A stretch of 64,000 nt of DNA from Candidatus Hodarchaeota archaeon (GTDB taxonomy: Archaea > Asgardarchaeota > Heimdallarchaeia > Hodarchaeales > Hodarchaeaceae), in NCBI GenBank assembly GCA_016840035.1, contig JAEOTC010000038.1:78760-142759 (forward strand). Reading direction: 5' to 3'. Every line of letters starts with the position of its first letter. The first letter of the stretch is position 1. Both the position numbers and the translations under genes were made by a program. Positions 37,763 to 47,899 of this stretch are shown in pieces. Under the pieces are notes generated by a model. It was given only the letters and a program-made list of their open reading frames with translations. It was not told the origin of the DNA and did no database searches.

Positions 37763-39898
37763 TTACTCTTGTAATTCTGCGATTAGTTCTTCACTAAGCG
37801 TTTTAGGTGAGGGAAAACGAATTCGGTTCACATATAATTCTTGACGTTGAACTGTTTCTTCTTGTACTTCTTGAGTCTTTAATTGAATACGTCCTTTTAA
37901 TTGAACAGTTTTACCCTCAGATTCATTCTGCATTTCTTCAAATATTTGGTCATCTGTTTTTCCTTCATTAATCATCTGCTCAATATCTCTTTCTTTAAAT
38001 CCCGTTAGAATTTCACCTGAAATTCCAAAGAAAGTTACTTTTATTGTACCTGTACCATCATCCAGTAATCCACTTATTCTCACTCGAATCGTAGGTTCAA
38101 CAATTCCATGTTCACGACAATTCCATTCATTGCCATCTTCTGTTTGATCAACCTTTTTCTTACAAATAGAGCAACCATGATAGTAAGGAGATTGTTGGAA
38201 TAGTCTGATTACCTTTCCTACGACCTCAATAGTGTCACCATCTGCTTCATTAGATAACTCTGCAAGATGAGTTTTTATATAATCAATCGTTGATTGACTG
38301 GTCTCAGTGGTATATTGCTTCTTTTGAATATGCTGTAAGCTTGAGGGAATTTCACTCTCTTCTCGAACTTCACTCTGAAAGTTTAAGTGAATCTCGACCC
38401 GTCCTTCTTGGTTTTCACGGATCCCCCCGTATAATATTTTGACATAGTTTGTCTTCTCAGGATCTAAATGATCAAATTTCTCGACATTATCATTCCATGC
38501 AACGATACGTATACTATCTGAATCGTCTTCAAGTTCTATAGACCTAACTTTTCCAGAAGATCCATCTGATCGATTAAATTCCCTTATATCGGATACAGAT
38601 TGTAAAATACCTTGAACGCATCCGATTCCCTTTTCTGTTTGAAGAGATGTAATTTGAGTTACAGGAGGCCCTGAATTGATTTTATTTGTTGTATCTTCTG
38701 AAAAAGTTGTATTCGTTGTTGTATGGAGTTCTATTGTATTAAATTTTGATAGAGAAACTCGTAAATTACTAATTTGAATTGATTGATCATTAAAATTGTC
38801 AAATTCAGAATTTCCATCACCCCATAGGACGATAGATACTACTCCAGTATTATCAAATATGATTCCACGACGTACGCTCCCAATCGATCCATCTTTTCGA
38901 GTAAACTCGCGAATATCACTTATAGGCCCTTTTTTCACTTCAACTGATATAAAATTATCTTCTGAGCTGATATCTTGAATTTCTTTCACTTTAGAACTTT
39001 GAATTTCCCCCTCTGGTCCGATTTTTTCTTCCAATGGTGGTAAAGAGGTATGTCCAACTTTCGTTACGTTAGTAGATCGATTAGAATGTAATTCTGGTTT
39101 TCCATCACGATCCAGCTTTACATTTGCTCCCTGAATCAGGAGTTCATCCCCACGGGTGAAATTGAATGCATCCTCTGCTCTTTGATCCCAAAAAACTATT
39201 CGTGTACTTACTCGATTTCCCTTCAGGAACACATTTGATACACGCCCTTCTGTCCCATCAGCCCTATTAAATGTGACAAGACGACCGAGTTTTGTAACAG
39301 TTCCTTTGGTGTCTATTTCTTCCATTTCTTCATCTAGTACATCGAGATCAATTATTTCGTCTTCTGGATCAGGGTAAGCTTCTTTTTCTGCATCGATTAT
39401 AATATTAACAAATCCACGATCTCCTAAGTGTAATTCTAGATCCTTATTTCTTCCTAATTTTGTATAACCCTGTTTTAGATTAACTATGGTACCTCGTCTC
39501 AGTTGATTCTCTGTGACTTGACGAGCTTTTGTTCCCCAGAGGAGAGTTCTTATACTATCAGAGCCGTCATGCAGAAGAATCGGGGCTAAAAGACTTTTTC
39601 CTCCCTCTCGTGAAAATTCTATTGGATTATATATACGTAAAATAACTCCTGTTATATTAACTCCTGATAATCCTGGTTCCATTTGCTTTAATTTCTTTAT
39701 TGTTAATTCAGGTTTTTTTTGAGATTCTGGTCTCCCAATAGGGACATTAAAGTCCTTTGCAATGATATGCGCTGCCGCAATATCATTTATGAGATGCTCA
39801 AGTTCTTCTTTTTTTGCATCAATCTTTTGCTTTATTTCCGCTCGTGAAAGCCCTGTATGTTGAGAAATTTTCTGTATCAAGTCTTCAATGTTAGCCAC
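37763..39898 (-). CDS. rpa: Replication protein A, multi-OB-fold ssDNA-binding protein with zinc finger
   Basis: Repeated F.R.DG..G.V and D.TG...W OB repeats; CSICKKKV..CREHG, LDDGTG. Confidence 0.88.
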   Translation of the reverse strand: MANIEDLIQKISQHTGLSRAEIKQKIDAKKEELEHLINDIAAAHIIAKDFNVPIGRPESQKKPELTIKKLKQMEPGLSGVNITGVILRIYNPIEFSREGGKSLLAPILLHDGSDSIRTLLWGTKARQVTENQLRRGTIVNLKQGYTKLGRNKDLELHLGDRGFVNIIIDAEKEAYPDPEDEIIDLDVLDEEMEEIDTKGTVTKLGRLVTFNRADGTEGRVSNVFLKGNRVSTRIVFWDQRAEDAFNFTRGDELLIQGANVKLDRDGKPELHSNRSTNVTKVGHTSLPPLEEKIGPEGEIQSSKVKEIQDISSEDNFISVEVKKGPISDIREFTRKDGSIGSVRRGIIFDNTGVVSIVLWGDGNSEFDNFNDQSIQISNLRVSLSKFNTIELHTTTNTTFSEDTTNKINSGPPVTQITSLQTEKGIGCVQGILQSVSDIREFNRSDGSSGKVRSIELEDDSDSIRIVAWNDNVEKFDHLDPEKTNYVKILYGGIRENQEGRVEIHLNFQSEVREESEIPSSLQHIQKKQYTTETSQSTIDYIKTHLAELSNEADGDTIEVVGKVIRLFQQSPYYHGCSICKKKVDQTEDGNEWNCREHGIVEPTIRVRISGLLDDGTGTIKVTFFGISGEILTGFKERDIEQMINEGKTDDQIFEEMQNESEGKTVQLKGRIQLKTQEVQEETVQRQELYVNRIRFPSPKTLSEELIAELQE

Positions 39899-40150
39899 AA
39901 TACTTCATTCCACTGCTTTTTTGAATGATTACTTTGATCGGATTCAATACGTTTCCGAATATTTTATCGCTAATAAGTTGGGTTTAGTAATTTCATTAAC
40001 TTATTTTTGCTTCAATGACTGTTTGCTTGAGATTATCAATCAACATATATTCTTGATGTAGCTTATATATTCATAAAAATCGGTTAACATTGAAGAATAG
40101 ACCCAAAATTAGGATATTTCATCATAAAAATGGGTTTTCTTCTTAAAACC

Positions 40151-40744
40151 CTACCAATTTTGATATTTTACACCCAATTCTTTTACAATTAAATTACGAA
40201 CCATACTACGGAAATCACGGCATCCATCTTTTGTTTTAAAAGAAGTAGGAAGAATTTCTATCCTTGGTAACTTATATGTGGAAAGAATATCTACATTTCG
40301 GTTAAATAGAACAGTATTAACCTTATCAATCTTATTCATTAGCACTATGGGAGGGTTCTTTGTCACTTCTCCTAAGAACTGTATCATCTCAATGTCAATT
40401 GGGATTATTCCTTTTTTCTCAAGATTTTCTGTGACGATGTGAAATGTTGAGGAATCGATGACATGTATTCCGAATATTATGGGATTTTCTGGGTTTTCCA
40501 GAAAATTGACAATCTGATCCTTAATCTTTTCCTCGAGAGATTTAGAGCGTCGTGTAATTCTTCCAAATCCGGGTAAATCTACTAAGAAAACGTCATTAAC
40601 TAGCTGTACAGGAGCAATTCGAAGTGTAGTTCCAGCTCTTTTCCCCACGGGACGTTTAGAACGTGCCAGAAAGTTAATTACAGTTGTTTTACCTGCATTA
40701 GGTCTACCAGTTACTGGGATATTGTAAGAGTTGTTCATAATCAA
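40151..40744 (-). CDS. engB: EngB/YihA-like GTPase
   Basis: GRPNAGKTT, VGKRAGTT, DLPGFG, PIDIEM, NKIDK. Confidence 0.88.
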   Translation of the reverse strand: MIMNNSYNIPVTGRPNAGKTTVINFLARSKRPVGKRAGTTLRIAPVQLVNDVFLVDLPGFGRITRRSKSLEEKIKDQIVNFLENPENPIIFGIHVIDSSTFHIVTENLEKKGIIPIDIEMIQFLGEVTKNPPIVLMNKIDKVNTVLFNRNVDILSTYKLPRIEILPTSFKTKDGCRDFRSMVRNLIVKELGVKYQNW

Positions 40745-41391
40745 AACTTTAACAGGAAAGTGAGTAATAAACCAGATAGGACTGGCACGGTAATATTATC
40801 GTTTAATTTATCCCCTGTGGTTAATTCGACAAGGGCAGATATGAAGCAGACGAGGAAATTGATAACGATAAAGTATATCGTTTGGAGATCTTCAGGTCCT
40901 TTAATTCTAAAAAATGTAAGATCAGGTGTAATTTCTGGATTCAACCCTACAAAAAAGAAAAGAATCGAACTGCTGATGAATCCTGCAAGAAGGAAGGCTA
41001 AAAAACCCTCAAAACTTTTATTTTGAAAACGTGGAAATCTTCTTCGACCGAATCTCGATCCAATGACATTAGCAAAACCATCACCGAAAGCCATTATACA
41101 GAAAACAGCAGCTGCAATCCGCAAATCCAAAAGTATTACGGAGATCATAACCATGAGAATATATAGCAGGGGGCCGTATAAATAACCTGTTTTAACATCC
41201 CTTTCACGTGATGCCATAGCTTCAAACCCTCTCTTCCACATATTTGGCCGGGCAATGACTATGATAAAGAACAAAGCAATCAGAGTAATTAAAATCAGTA
41301 ACATGCGTGGAAATATTGCTATCAAGGGAGTAAGAAACCCAAATCCGATATGGATTGATTTTCTTTTAGTTTCTTGATCCATCAAGATCAC
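40741..41391 (-). CDS. Polyprenol/diacylglycerol kinase family (SEC59/DGK1/VTE5)
   Basis: RKSIHI, GDGFA..IG..FG, KSFEG, DNITVP. Confidence 0.85.
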   Translation of the reverse strand: MILMDQETKRKSIHIGFGFLTPLIAIFPRMLLILITLIALFFIIVIARPNMWKRGFEAMASRERDVKTGYLYGPLLYILMVMISVILLDLRIAAAVFCIMAFGDGFANVIGSRFGRRRFPRFQNKSFEGFLAFLLAGFISSSILFFFVGLNPEITPDLTFFRIKGPEDLQTIYFIVINFLVCFISALVELTTGDKLNDNITVPVLSGLLLTFLLKF

Positions 41392-41424
41392 TTCTTGCTC
41401 TGAGAATCAGAGAAGTCTATCCCA

Positions 41425-41721
41425 TTATGATTCATCAGTAATGTTGGGACTTTCGTCTGATATTTTAGTTTCCTGTCCTTTTTCAGAGTCTTCTACTAGA
41501 GCATCAAGCCAATCTCCAAAAACATCAACGCGTTCTTCAATTGGACGGATGGGTTTAGTGGTCTGAACTTTACATTTTCCACAAAATATTACTGCTGTGC
41601 GGATTTTTCGATTGATGTCGATATTGATCGAATTTGTAGTGCCACATATAGGACAATCAAACACAGTAGGTAATGTAGGTATTGGTTTTGTTCTTACTAT
41701 TCTTTTTCTTTTTCGACCCAT
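41425..41721 (-). CDS. elf1: Transcription elongation factor Elf1
   Basis: MGRKRK...LPTVFDCPIC...C.KC...E.VDVF..W.D. Confidence 0.92.
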   Translation of the reverse strand: MGRKRKRIVRTKPIPTLPTVFDCPICGTTNSINIDINRKIRTAVIFCGKCKVQTTKPIRPIEERVDVFGDWLDALVEDSEKGQETKISDESPNITDES

Positions 41722-41726
41722 AAGAT

Positions 41727-42896
41727 TTACTTCCTCCGATCGCTTTTAGCATGTTTTTGAATCTGACGTAGACGTCTATCACGCTTTGTTTGTTTTGCTG
41801 GCGTCTTTCTAACTTTTTCTTCAGAAGAAACATCCTTATCTTTTTTCTCTTTTGCTTCAACCTTTTCTTTTACTTTTAATACGGTAATTTCTTGACCAGA
41901 GCCAACCATGAATATTGCAGCTCCTCCAACTACAAAAATAACGGCTATTGTACTCATACCTAGTAAAAACGGATCGTAAAGTTCTTTATTTGGTTGTTGA
42001 ATTGTCTCTTCTTCTATCTCATCCCCTAACCATCTAACAACATTTCTCCATAATTTTGCATTATCACCCGCTTCATACCATGAAGTTGCAAGTAAGGGAT
42101 CCACAAGATCACTAAACATCGTTGTAGATCCACCCAGAGCCACTTTTGCGTCGAAGGTTTCCGACGTTCCAGCAAGAGCAAATAAAACGATATTAGTTGA
42201 ATATGTATGAGGATCACCCACTGGTGGATCTGCATAAGCCTGGGTTGAACCAATGATTATTTCATTTCTCGAGTTTTTAATTGAGCAACTTGTTGTAACT
42301 ATCGTACTCACATTTTCGTGGTTAGAGAGGATCTCGTGATTTGTCGCATTTATGTCTAAAATTAAATATTCGGGTTTTCCTGCATTGTGGAAATCATTCT
42401 TAACTATATCAGTAGGCTTCTTTGGTTGTGCTGAAGTTTCATCTGTCCAGAAACTTGATACAATTCCAAACTCTTGCGCATCTAAGACAAAATTAAGATA
42501 GTCACTGTGTCCGTCAAGAGTATCATTTGTCTCTGTTAAGGGATTTGCTAAAACGAGCATTGAATTTTCTGCTAGGAGAAAATCTCGAACATGGATCCTT
42601 TCATCAAAGCTTATCTTCTCCTGTGGATCAGTTAGAATGAGTAGGTCAACACCTTCAAAAGTAGTCTCATTAAATTCTTCAGTATTAAATTCAACTCGTA
42701 AACCTAAATCTTCAAGATCAGCAATGGCCTTACTATATAAGGTTCGATTAAAAAACTGTCCGTGACCTTCGTCAAATAATACAATCATTGGATCTTCATC
42801 TGCAAGAATTGCACCATTAACTTCAACGACGAAGGTAACACTGACTAAAACACATAGAAGAGAACAAAGTAACAAATGTTTAATGCTAACTGACAA
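41727..42896 (-). CDS. Single-pass membrane protein with GIFT/DUF4350-like extracellular domain
   Basis: Signal peptide, VLFDEGHGQF, GS..MFSD, DN..L..N...WL, C-terminal TM and basic tail. Confidence 0.6.
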   Translation of the reverse strand: MSVSIKHLLLCSLLCVLVSVTFVVEVNGAILADEDPMIVLFDEGHGQFFNRTLYSKAIADLEDLGLRVEFNTEEFNETTFEGVDLLILTDPQEKISFDERIHVRDFLLAENSMLVLANPLTETNDTLDGHSDYLNFVLDAQEFGIVSSFWTDETSAQPKKPTDIVKNDFHNAGKPEYLILDINATNHEILSNHENVSTIVTTSCSIKNSRNEIIIGSTQAYADPPVGDPHTYSTNIVLFALAGTSETFDAKVALGGSTTMFSDLVDPLLATSWYEAGDNAKLWRNVVRWLGDEIEEETIQQPNKELYDPFLLGMSTIAVIFVVGGAAIFMVGSGQEITVLKVKEKVEAKEKKDKDVSSEEKVRKTPAKQTKRDRRLRQIQKHAKSDRRK

Positions 42897-43154
42897 CGTT
42901 TTTTCCTCAATACCAGAAACACCACTAGAATTGCTAAAACTAGCAAAGTGAAGAGAATTTTCAAAAAAGAGGGAATTTGTGAATATCTTTTGTGTCTTTC
43001 CTGAACAACGCTACAACTAAAAACCTCAACTAATTTCTTCCTAGTTGGTTTAAGATAAGAATTCAATCCGAGTATGTGTATCTTATTAGAAATAAAGATA
43101 TTCCTTTACTATTAAACACATCTTATCTGAATTTCAATTATTGGAGAACAAACA

Positions 43155-43601
43155 ATGGTTTCAGCACAGATGGTCCCCAGTGAGTTATTAATAGAAGTCA
43201 TTGCTGAGGAACTAAGATCGAATGAAAAAGTATTCCAACCCCCGAATTGGGCAGACTATGTAAAAACCGGAGTCTCACGTGAGAACGCTCCAGAAAACCG
43301 AAAAGACTGGTGGTATACTCGTGTAGCCTCTATATTAAGAAAAATTTACCTAAAAGGTCCAATAGGAGTTATCCATCTAAGGAAATCATACGGGGGGCGA
43401 AAAAATAGGGGTAGTAAACCTGAACATTCAAGAACTGGATCAGGTGCCATTATTAGACTTGCTATTCACCAACTTGAAAAAGCTGGGTACGTTACTATTG
43501 CCAATACTAGTGGTAGAATAGTTACACCTGCTGGAAGAAGTTTTGTTGATAAATTAGCGATGAAAGCGAAGGAAGAGCTTCCAGAACTTGCCAACTACTA
43601 A
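43155..43601 (+). CDS. rps19e: 30S ribosomal protein S19e
   Basis: PP.WA..VKTG...E..P...DWWY.R.AS, YGGRK.RG, GSG.IIR. Confidence 0.96.
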   Translation: MVSAQMVPSELLIEVIAEELRSNEKVFQPPNWADYVKTGVSRENAPENRKDWWYTRVASILRKIYLKGPIGVIHLRKSYGGRKNRGSKPEHSRTGSGAIIRLAIHQLEKAGYVTIANTSGRIVTPAGRSFVDKLAMKAKEELPELANY

Positions 43602-43728
43602 TTCAGTTCCTATTTCGAGAAAATAATTAATTTGATTAAGAATTTGGGGATACAAAGATTGACTGTTCTTATCACGTAAAATTTAATAATTAAGTTTCCT
43701 AATATCTCCTCAATAAGGGGTATAATCA

Positions 43729-44082
43729 ATGGTTGATGATGATCGTGAATTGGAAGAACTTCGAAAAAGACGTGCTGCCCAACTCCAAAATGACCAATTA
43801 GAGCAACAACAATTACAAAAACAGCAAGAAGAACAGCTTCGTCAGATTGAACAGCAGCGTCAAATAGTTTTGAAAAGTATTTTGACTGACGAAGCACGCG
43901 AACGTCTTGGTCGGATAAAATTAGCAAAACCTGACTATGCCACATCTTTAGAGAATCAATTAATTCAGCTCGCCTCATCTCGTAGAATTTCAGAGAAAAT
44001 CACAGATGATCAATTAAAATCTCTCCTGCAACAGATGACAAAATCTAAGAGAGAAAGCAAAATCACTTTTAAAAGACGTTAA
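43729..44082 (+). CDS. PDCD5-like dsDNA-binding protein
   Basis: ELEELRKRR..QL, ILT.EARERL.RI.LAKP, ITDDQLK; usual neighbour of S19e. Confidence 0.93.
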   Translation: MVDDDRELEELRKRRAAQLQNDQLEQQQLQKQQEEQLRQIEQQRQIVLKSILTDEARERLGRIKLAKPDYATSLENQLIQLASSRRISEKITDDQLKSLLQQMTKSKRESKITFKRR

Positions 44083-44092
44083 TGGGTTTAAT

Positions 44093-44542
44093 ATGAGTAC
44101 TATATCAAAGTTTTCTTGGAAACGTACGGAGGGTATAGGTCTAATAGTTTCATCACTTGGGATTGCACTTATCTTACAGATTCCTCCAACATTCTTCACT
44201 CTTCACTTATTAGAATTCAATCTTGAAATAGATTTCTTAATAATGATAGGTGTAATTTTTGGTACAATGATTCTAATATCAGCGATTTCTTGTTCACTTA
44301 CAGAAGATTGGGATAACAAAAAATCACCCACTTTAAGATCAACCGTTACTGTATCTTTCTTATTGAGTATTATATTCATTGCTGGATTCTTTGTGTTTTT
44401 TGTACTTCAACCGAACTTTCCTCCAGAAATGCGGGATCTTGAAACAAATCAACGATATCTAGCTGCCTATACAACCGGTTTAAGCTTGATCGGGATCCTT
44501 GTAGTAATTTTCTATAAAGGTAGGGCATTTTTTAGTAGATAA
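44093..44542 (+). CDS. 4-TM membrane protein
   Basis: Four hydrophobic segments. Confidence 0.65.
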   Translation: MSTISKFSWKRTEGIGLIVSSLGIALILQIPPTFFTLHLLEFNLEIDFLIMIGVIFGTMILISAISCSLTEDWDNKKSPTLRSTVTVSFLLSIIFIAGFFVFFVLQPNFPPEMRDLETNQRYLAAYTTGLSLIGILVVIFYKGRAFFSR

Positions 44543-44653
44543 ATTATTATAACGGGAGAAACAGATTAAATCCCAATTCTACATTTTCTGCTTATTGATC
44601 GTTTATCCTCCAGTATTCGTTACTAATAATTGTAACTTAAACGATTAATTATT

Positions 44654-45445
44654 TTGGAGAAACAGTCAATGTCTGGTTTACTAAGAAAAACATACTTAGA
44701 TTCAGATCTTATCTCTACAGTTTTCCACTTTTCAGAGGTGGGGTCAACAAATAATATTGCGAAAAAGATGATCTTAAAGGAAAAAGAGGGGGGTTTCGCA
44801 GTTATTTCAGATATTCAAACTGCTGGATATGGTCGACGGGGAGATTTCTGGGAATCTCCTAAAGGTGGTTTATGGTGTTCTTTAGCGATTAAACCAGACA
44901 TAAATCCTAGTATAATTGGTCTAATCCCCATCATATGTGCTTTAAGCGTATCTAAAGCTCTTGAATCGCATGATATTAAAACACGACTGAAATGGCCTAA
45001 TGACATCTTACATTCCAGGGATGAAGCAAAAATTGCAGGTATAATCGTTGAGGGCAAAGTATCATCAAAAATGGTTGAGTACATCATTATTGGTATTGGT
45101 ATCAATGTGAATATCGAATTAGAGCAATTTTCACCCCCCTTGCGAAATCACATTACTTCAACCTTGAAAATTAAACGAACTAAGATCTCTTTGGAGGAAC
45201 TGCTACACACAATCATATTCTATCTTGAAGAAGGATTTGACAAGATGAAGAAGGGAGAAGAGAATCACATTCTTTCACAATGGAAACAAAGAGATAATAT
45301 TTTGGGGAGAAAAATTGTAATAACATCAAATAATATTGAATATGAAGGAATTGCAAAAGATCTTACATTATATGGACAAATGATATTGGAACTTGTAGAT
45401 GGAAGGAAAATTACTTTTTCTTCAGGAAATGTTAAACTATTATAA
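44654..45445 (+). CDS. birA: Biotin--protein ligase
   Basis: STN, QTAGYGRRG..WESP.GG, LKWPND, KIAGI, GIGINV; no HTH domain. Confidence 0.92.
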   Translation: MEKQSMSGLLRKTYLDSDLISTVFHFSEVGSTNNIAKKMILKEKEGGFAVISDIQTAGYGRRGDFWESPKGGLWCSLAIKPDINPSIIGLIPIICALSVSKALESHDIKTRLKWPNDILHSRDEAKIAGIIVEGKVSSKMVEYIIIGIGINVNIELEQFSPPLRNHITSTLKIKRTKISLEELLHTIIFYLEEGFDKMKKGEENHILSQWKQRDNILGRKIVITSNNIEYEGIAKDLTLYGQMILELVDGRKITFSSGNVKLL

Positions 45446-45496
45446 TCAAGTAATTCTTGGAGTTTAAGTTGTTGTAACAGAATGAGGTGAAAAATC

Positions 45497-46054
45497 ATTG
45501 TCTACAATATCAAGACTGGATCTAATACTGTTCTACGAGGATTAATTGCGGAAGAGTTTGCTCGTTATACTCTTAGCAAACGTTATTCATTATTAATACT
45601 TAGACCGACGAAAGTTATAGAATTTTTGTCCGATTATCAAATTAAGGGATCACATTATAATTTTTTAGTCCAATACCAGCAAACGATGGATTTTATAGGA
45701 TTTGGACCAATAAAAAATAACGAAACGTCTCTCCCAGAGCTAGGGAGTGGATTGGTTAGGAATTACTTCTATGAACAAGATGGATTAACACCCTTCTTGC
45801 CATCCAACTCGGAACAGACCAAAATTAACGGATACATTATTGAGGTCAAGTCTCGGACAACAAAAAATCATTGGAAGCCATTTACTTATTCATTTTCAAT
45901 AAACCAAGAGAAAATGTTCTCAAAATCCGTGAAATATAAGTTTAAAGTAGTTTTATGTGGAGTATCGTTTGCAGAGGATTGGGAACTATCGGTAGTTCTC
46001 ACAAATCCTCAAGGAAAAATCCTCCCAGAAGATTATTTTAATTCAGATCAATAA
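45497..46054 (+). CDS. Putative PD-(D/E)XK nuclease
   Basis: Frame extends upstream of the track start to GLIAEEFA; MDFIG...IIEVKS...FS.NQ; ATT at 45497 follows GAGGTGA. Confidence 0.6.
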   Translation: MVYNIKTGSNTVLRGLIAEEFARYTLSKRYSLLILRPTKVIEFLSDYQIKGSHYNFLVQYQQTMDFIGFGPIKNNETSLPELGSGLVRNYFYEQDGLTPFLPSNSEQTKINGYIIEVKSRTTKNHWKPFTYSFSINQEKMFSKSVKYKFKVVLCGVSFAEDWELSVVLTNPQGKILPEDYFNSDQ

Positions 46055-47198
46055 AAATGGGTTCTGCGTTTGTAAGGACTTTAGGACCATTACGAGTCAT
46101 AAGAACATCATTTTCTAACCTAAATCCTCCAACATCCTTTTCGTATATGCCAGGTTCAATAGTAAAGATCATTCCTTCTTCTATACGCGTAGGTGTCCAG
46201 TGTTTGAGCAGAGATTCATGTGATGGTTTCTGTCGCAACAGGGGGGAGTCATGCACCGTCAACCCAATTCCATGACCCAAAGAATGAGGCATCTTGTATC
46301 CTTGCTTTTCAATGATATTGTGAGCGATCTCTGCAACTTCATGTAAATATTGCGACTCTGAGATTGCATCAATTGCACTATCATGAGCAGATTTAACTGT
46401 TTCAACAATCGTTTTCATTTTCTCGTTCATTGAACCCATTATAAAAGGGAGAGTGACATCTGAAGTTAATGCTTCAGCTTGTACACCAAAGTCGATCAGT
46501 GCAAGTCCTTTTTGAAATAGTGATTGATTTGGATCTGCTCGTGGATATGTATGTATCTGCCAAGATCGGGCACTACTAGCTACAAGAGATTCAAATCCAA
46601 CAGCAAAAGCCCCTAATTCTCGCATTCTGCTCTCAACAAAAACTGCAAGATCCATTTCCGTTTTAATCTTTGATTGAGAGATAACTACCTCTTCAATTTC
46701 CGTAACGAGTTGATTACTAATCTCGATAGATTTTTTCATCATAGTGATTTCTTCTTTTGATTTTGTGGATCTTAAGTCTGCTAACAGACTATCAATTATC
46801 GTGGGATTATAGATAATCTCTGCACTCGGAACTTTATCTAATATTAGTTGTACATTATCATATGGAATCCCTCTTGGAATTCCAACCTTCGGATTAGATG
46901 TAGATGATTCAGAAAATACTTCAACCGTAGCAGCAGTTACTCCTTTGTATTCTGCCATATTAATGATTCTATCAGCTTCTGAATACATTTTCGCTAGCTG
47001 ATAATCCCATGGTATAAGTGTAGTCTGTCGATTCTTCACATCGATAAATAAAGTAGCGTCCTCTGGATGACCAGTAAGGTATTTCACGTTAACATCTCTA
47101 TGTGCCTCTGAATCGGTAAGATAGAGAAAATCTAGATTGTGGGTAGTTAAGGAGTCATACAACTTTGTTAATTTATCTTGAGTAATATAACGTGCCAC
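46038..47198 (-). CDS. Xaa-Pro aminopeptidase (M24)
   Basis: IDFG....SDVT, HSLGHGIGL.VHD, FTIEPGIY, GGFRLENDV. Confidence 0.92.
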   Translation of the reverse strand: MARYITQDKLTKLYDSLTTHNLDFLYLTDSEAHRDVNVKYLTGHPEDATLFIDVKNRQTTLIPWDYQLAKMYSEADRIINMAEYKGVTAATVEVFSESSTSNPKVGIPRGIPYDNVQLILDKVPSAEIIYNPTIIDSLLADLRSTKSKEEITMMKKSIEISNQLVTEIEEVVISQSKIKTEMDLAVFVESRMRELGAFAVGFESLVASSARSWQIHTYPRADPNQSLFQKGLALIDFGVQAEALTSDVTLPFIMGSMNEKMKTIVETVKSAHDSAIDAISESQYLHEVAEIAHNIIEKQGYKMPHSLGHGIGLTVHDSPLLRQKPSHESLLKHWTPTRIEEGMIFTIEPGIYEKDVGGFRLENDVLMTRNGPKVLTNAEPIFIDLN

Positions 47199-47427
47199 TT
47201 AGTTTCACCTAAAAAATTCTTCGAGTTGTTAGGAAAATCAAGTTTAGAATTTTAAAAATCTGCTCTTGTACTATTGTATTTATCATCTAGATATTTATTT
47301 TCACCAAAATAATCTTTTAAGAGAGTCTCTCAAGGACCATGAAAAGAGAGAATTTAGGATGCTAAGAATCATAAAAACAATATTTTAGATACGGTTCAGA
47401 ACAAAGGTTGTCAAATTTATCCAGTTT

Positions 47428-47658
47428 TTATTCTACCTTAATTTTGTGCCACTTCTTGTTTTTGGACTCAGGACGTAATGTTTTTCTTTGAGTATTACTC
47501 AATTTTTGCCCTTGCTGTTGTTTAAGCAGATTTCTTTGGGTCATTTTGGATATTTTACGCGTAATTAATTGTAATTCTGAACTATTTGGACGATAGGATT
47601 TTAATAGTTTCTGAAATTCAAGGAGAAGCGCGTTTACCTTTTTTTTGTCTACTGCCAT
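47428..47658 (-). CDS. Small basic hypothetical protein
   Basis: 76 aa ATG-started ORF divergent from EF-2. Confidence 0.4.
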   Translation of the reverse strand: MAVDKKKVNALLLEFQKLLKSYRPNSSELQLITRKISKMTQRNLLKQQQGQKLSNTQRKTLRPESKNKKWHKIKVE

Positions 47659-47899
47659 TCTGTTTTACCATAATATTTACTAAAAATAAATTTTTGGGAA
47701 CGGTTCAGCAATCCTCTCTGATTTCTCCTCGAGACAAAATCATTGTTAAAGTAAATATATCATTTCCAAAATTTCCTGAATGAAGATCTTCATGCTTTTA
47801 GTCTCCGTTTCACTAATTATACGGTAAAAGAAAGTATGATACCAATTTGAATTGATAATAACTACTAAATCTAATCATATTATTATGGAGTAATGTCAA

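Noticed and set aside
43610-43978. 122-aa minus-strand ORF and many similar short track ORFs (e.g. 7931-8317, 9838-10296, 30099-30347, 48640-49029)
   Set aside because: Antisense shadows of well-supported genes
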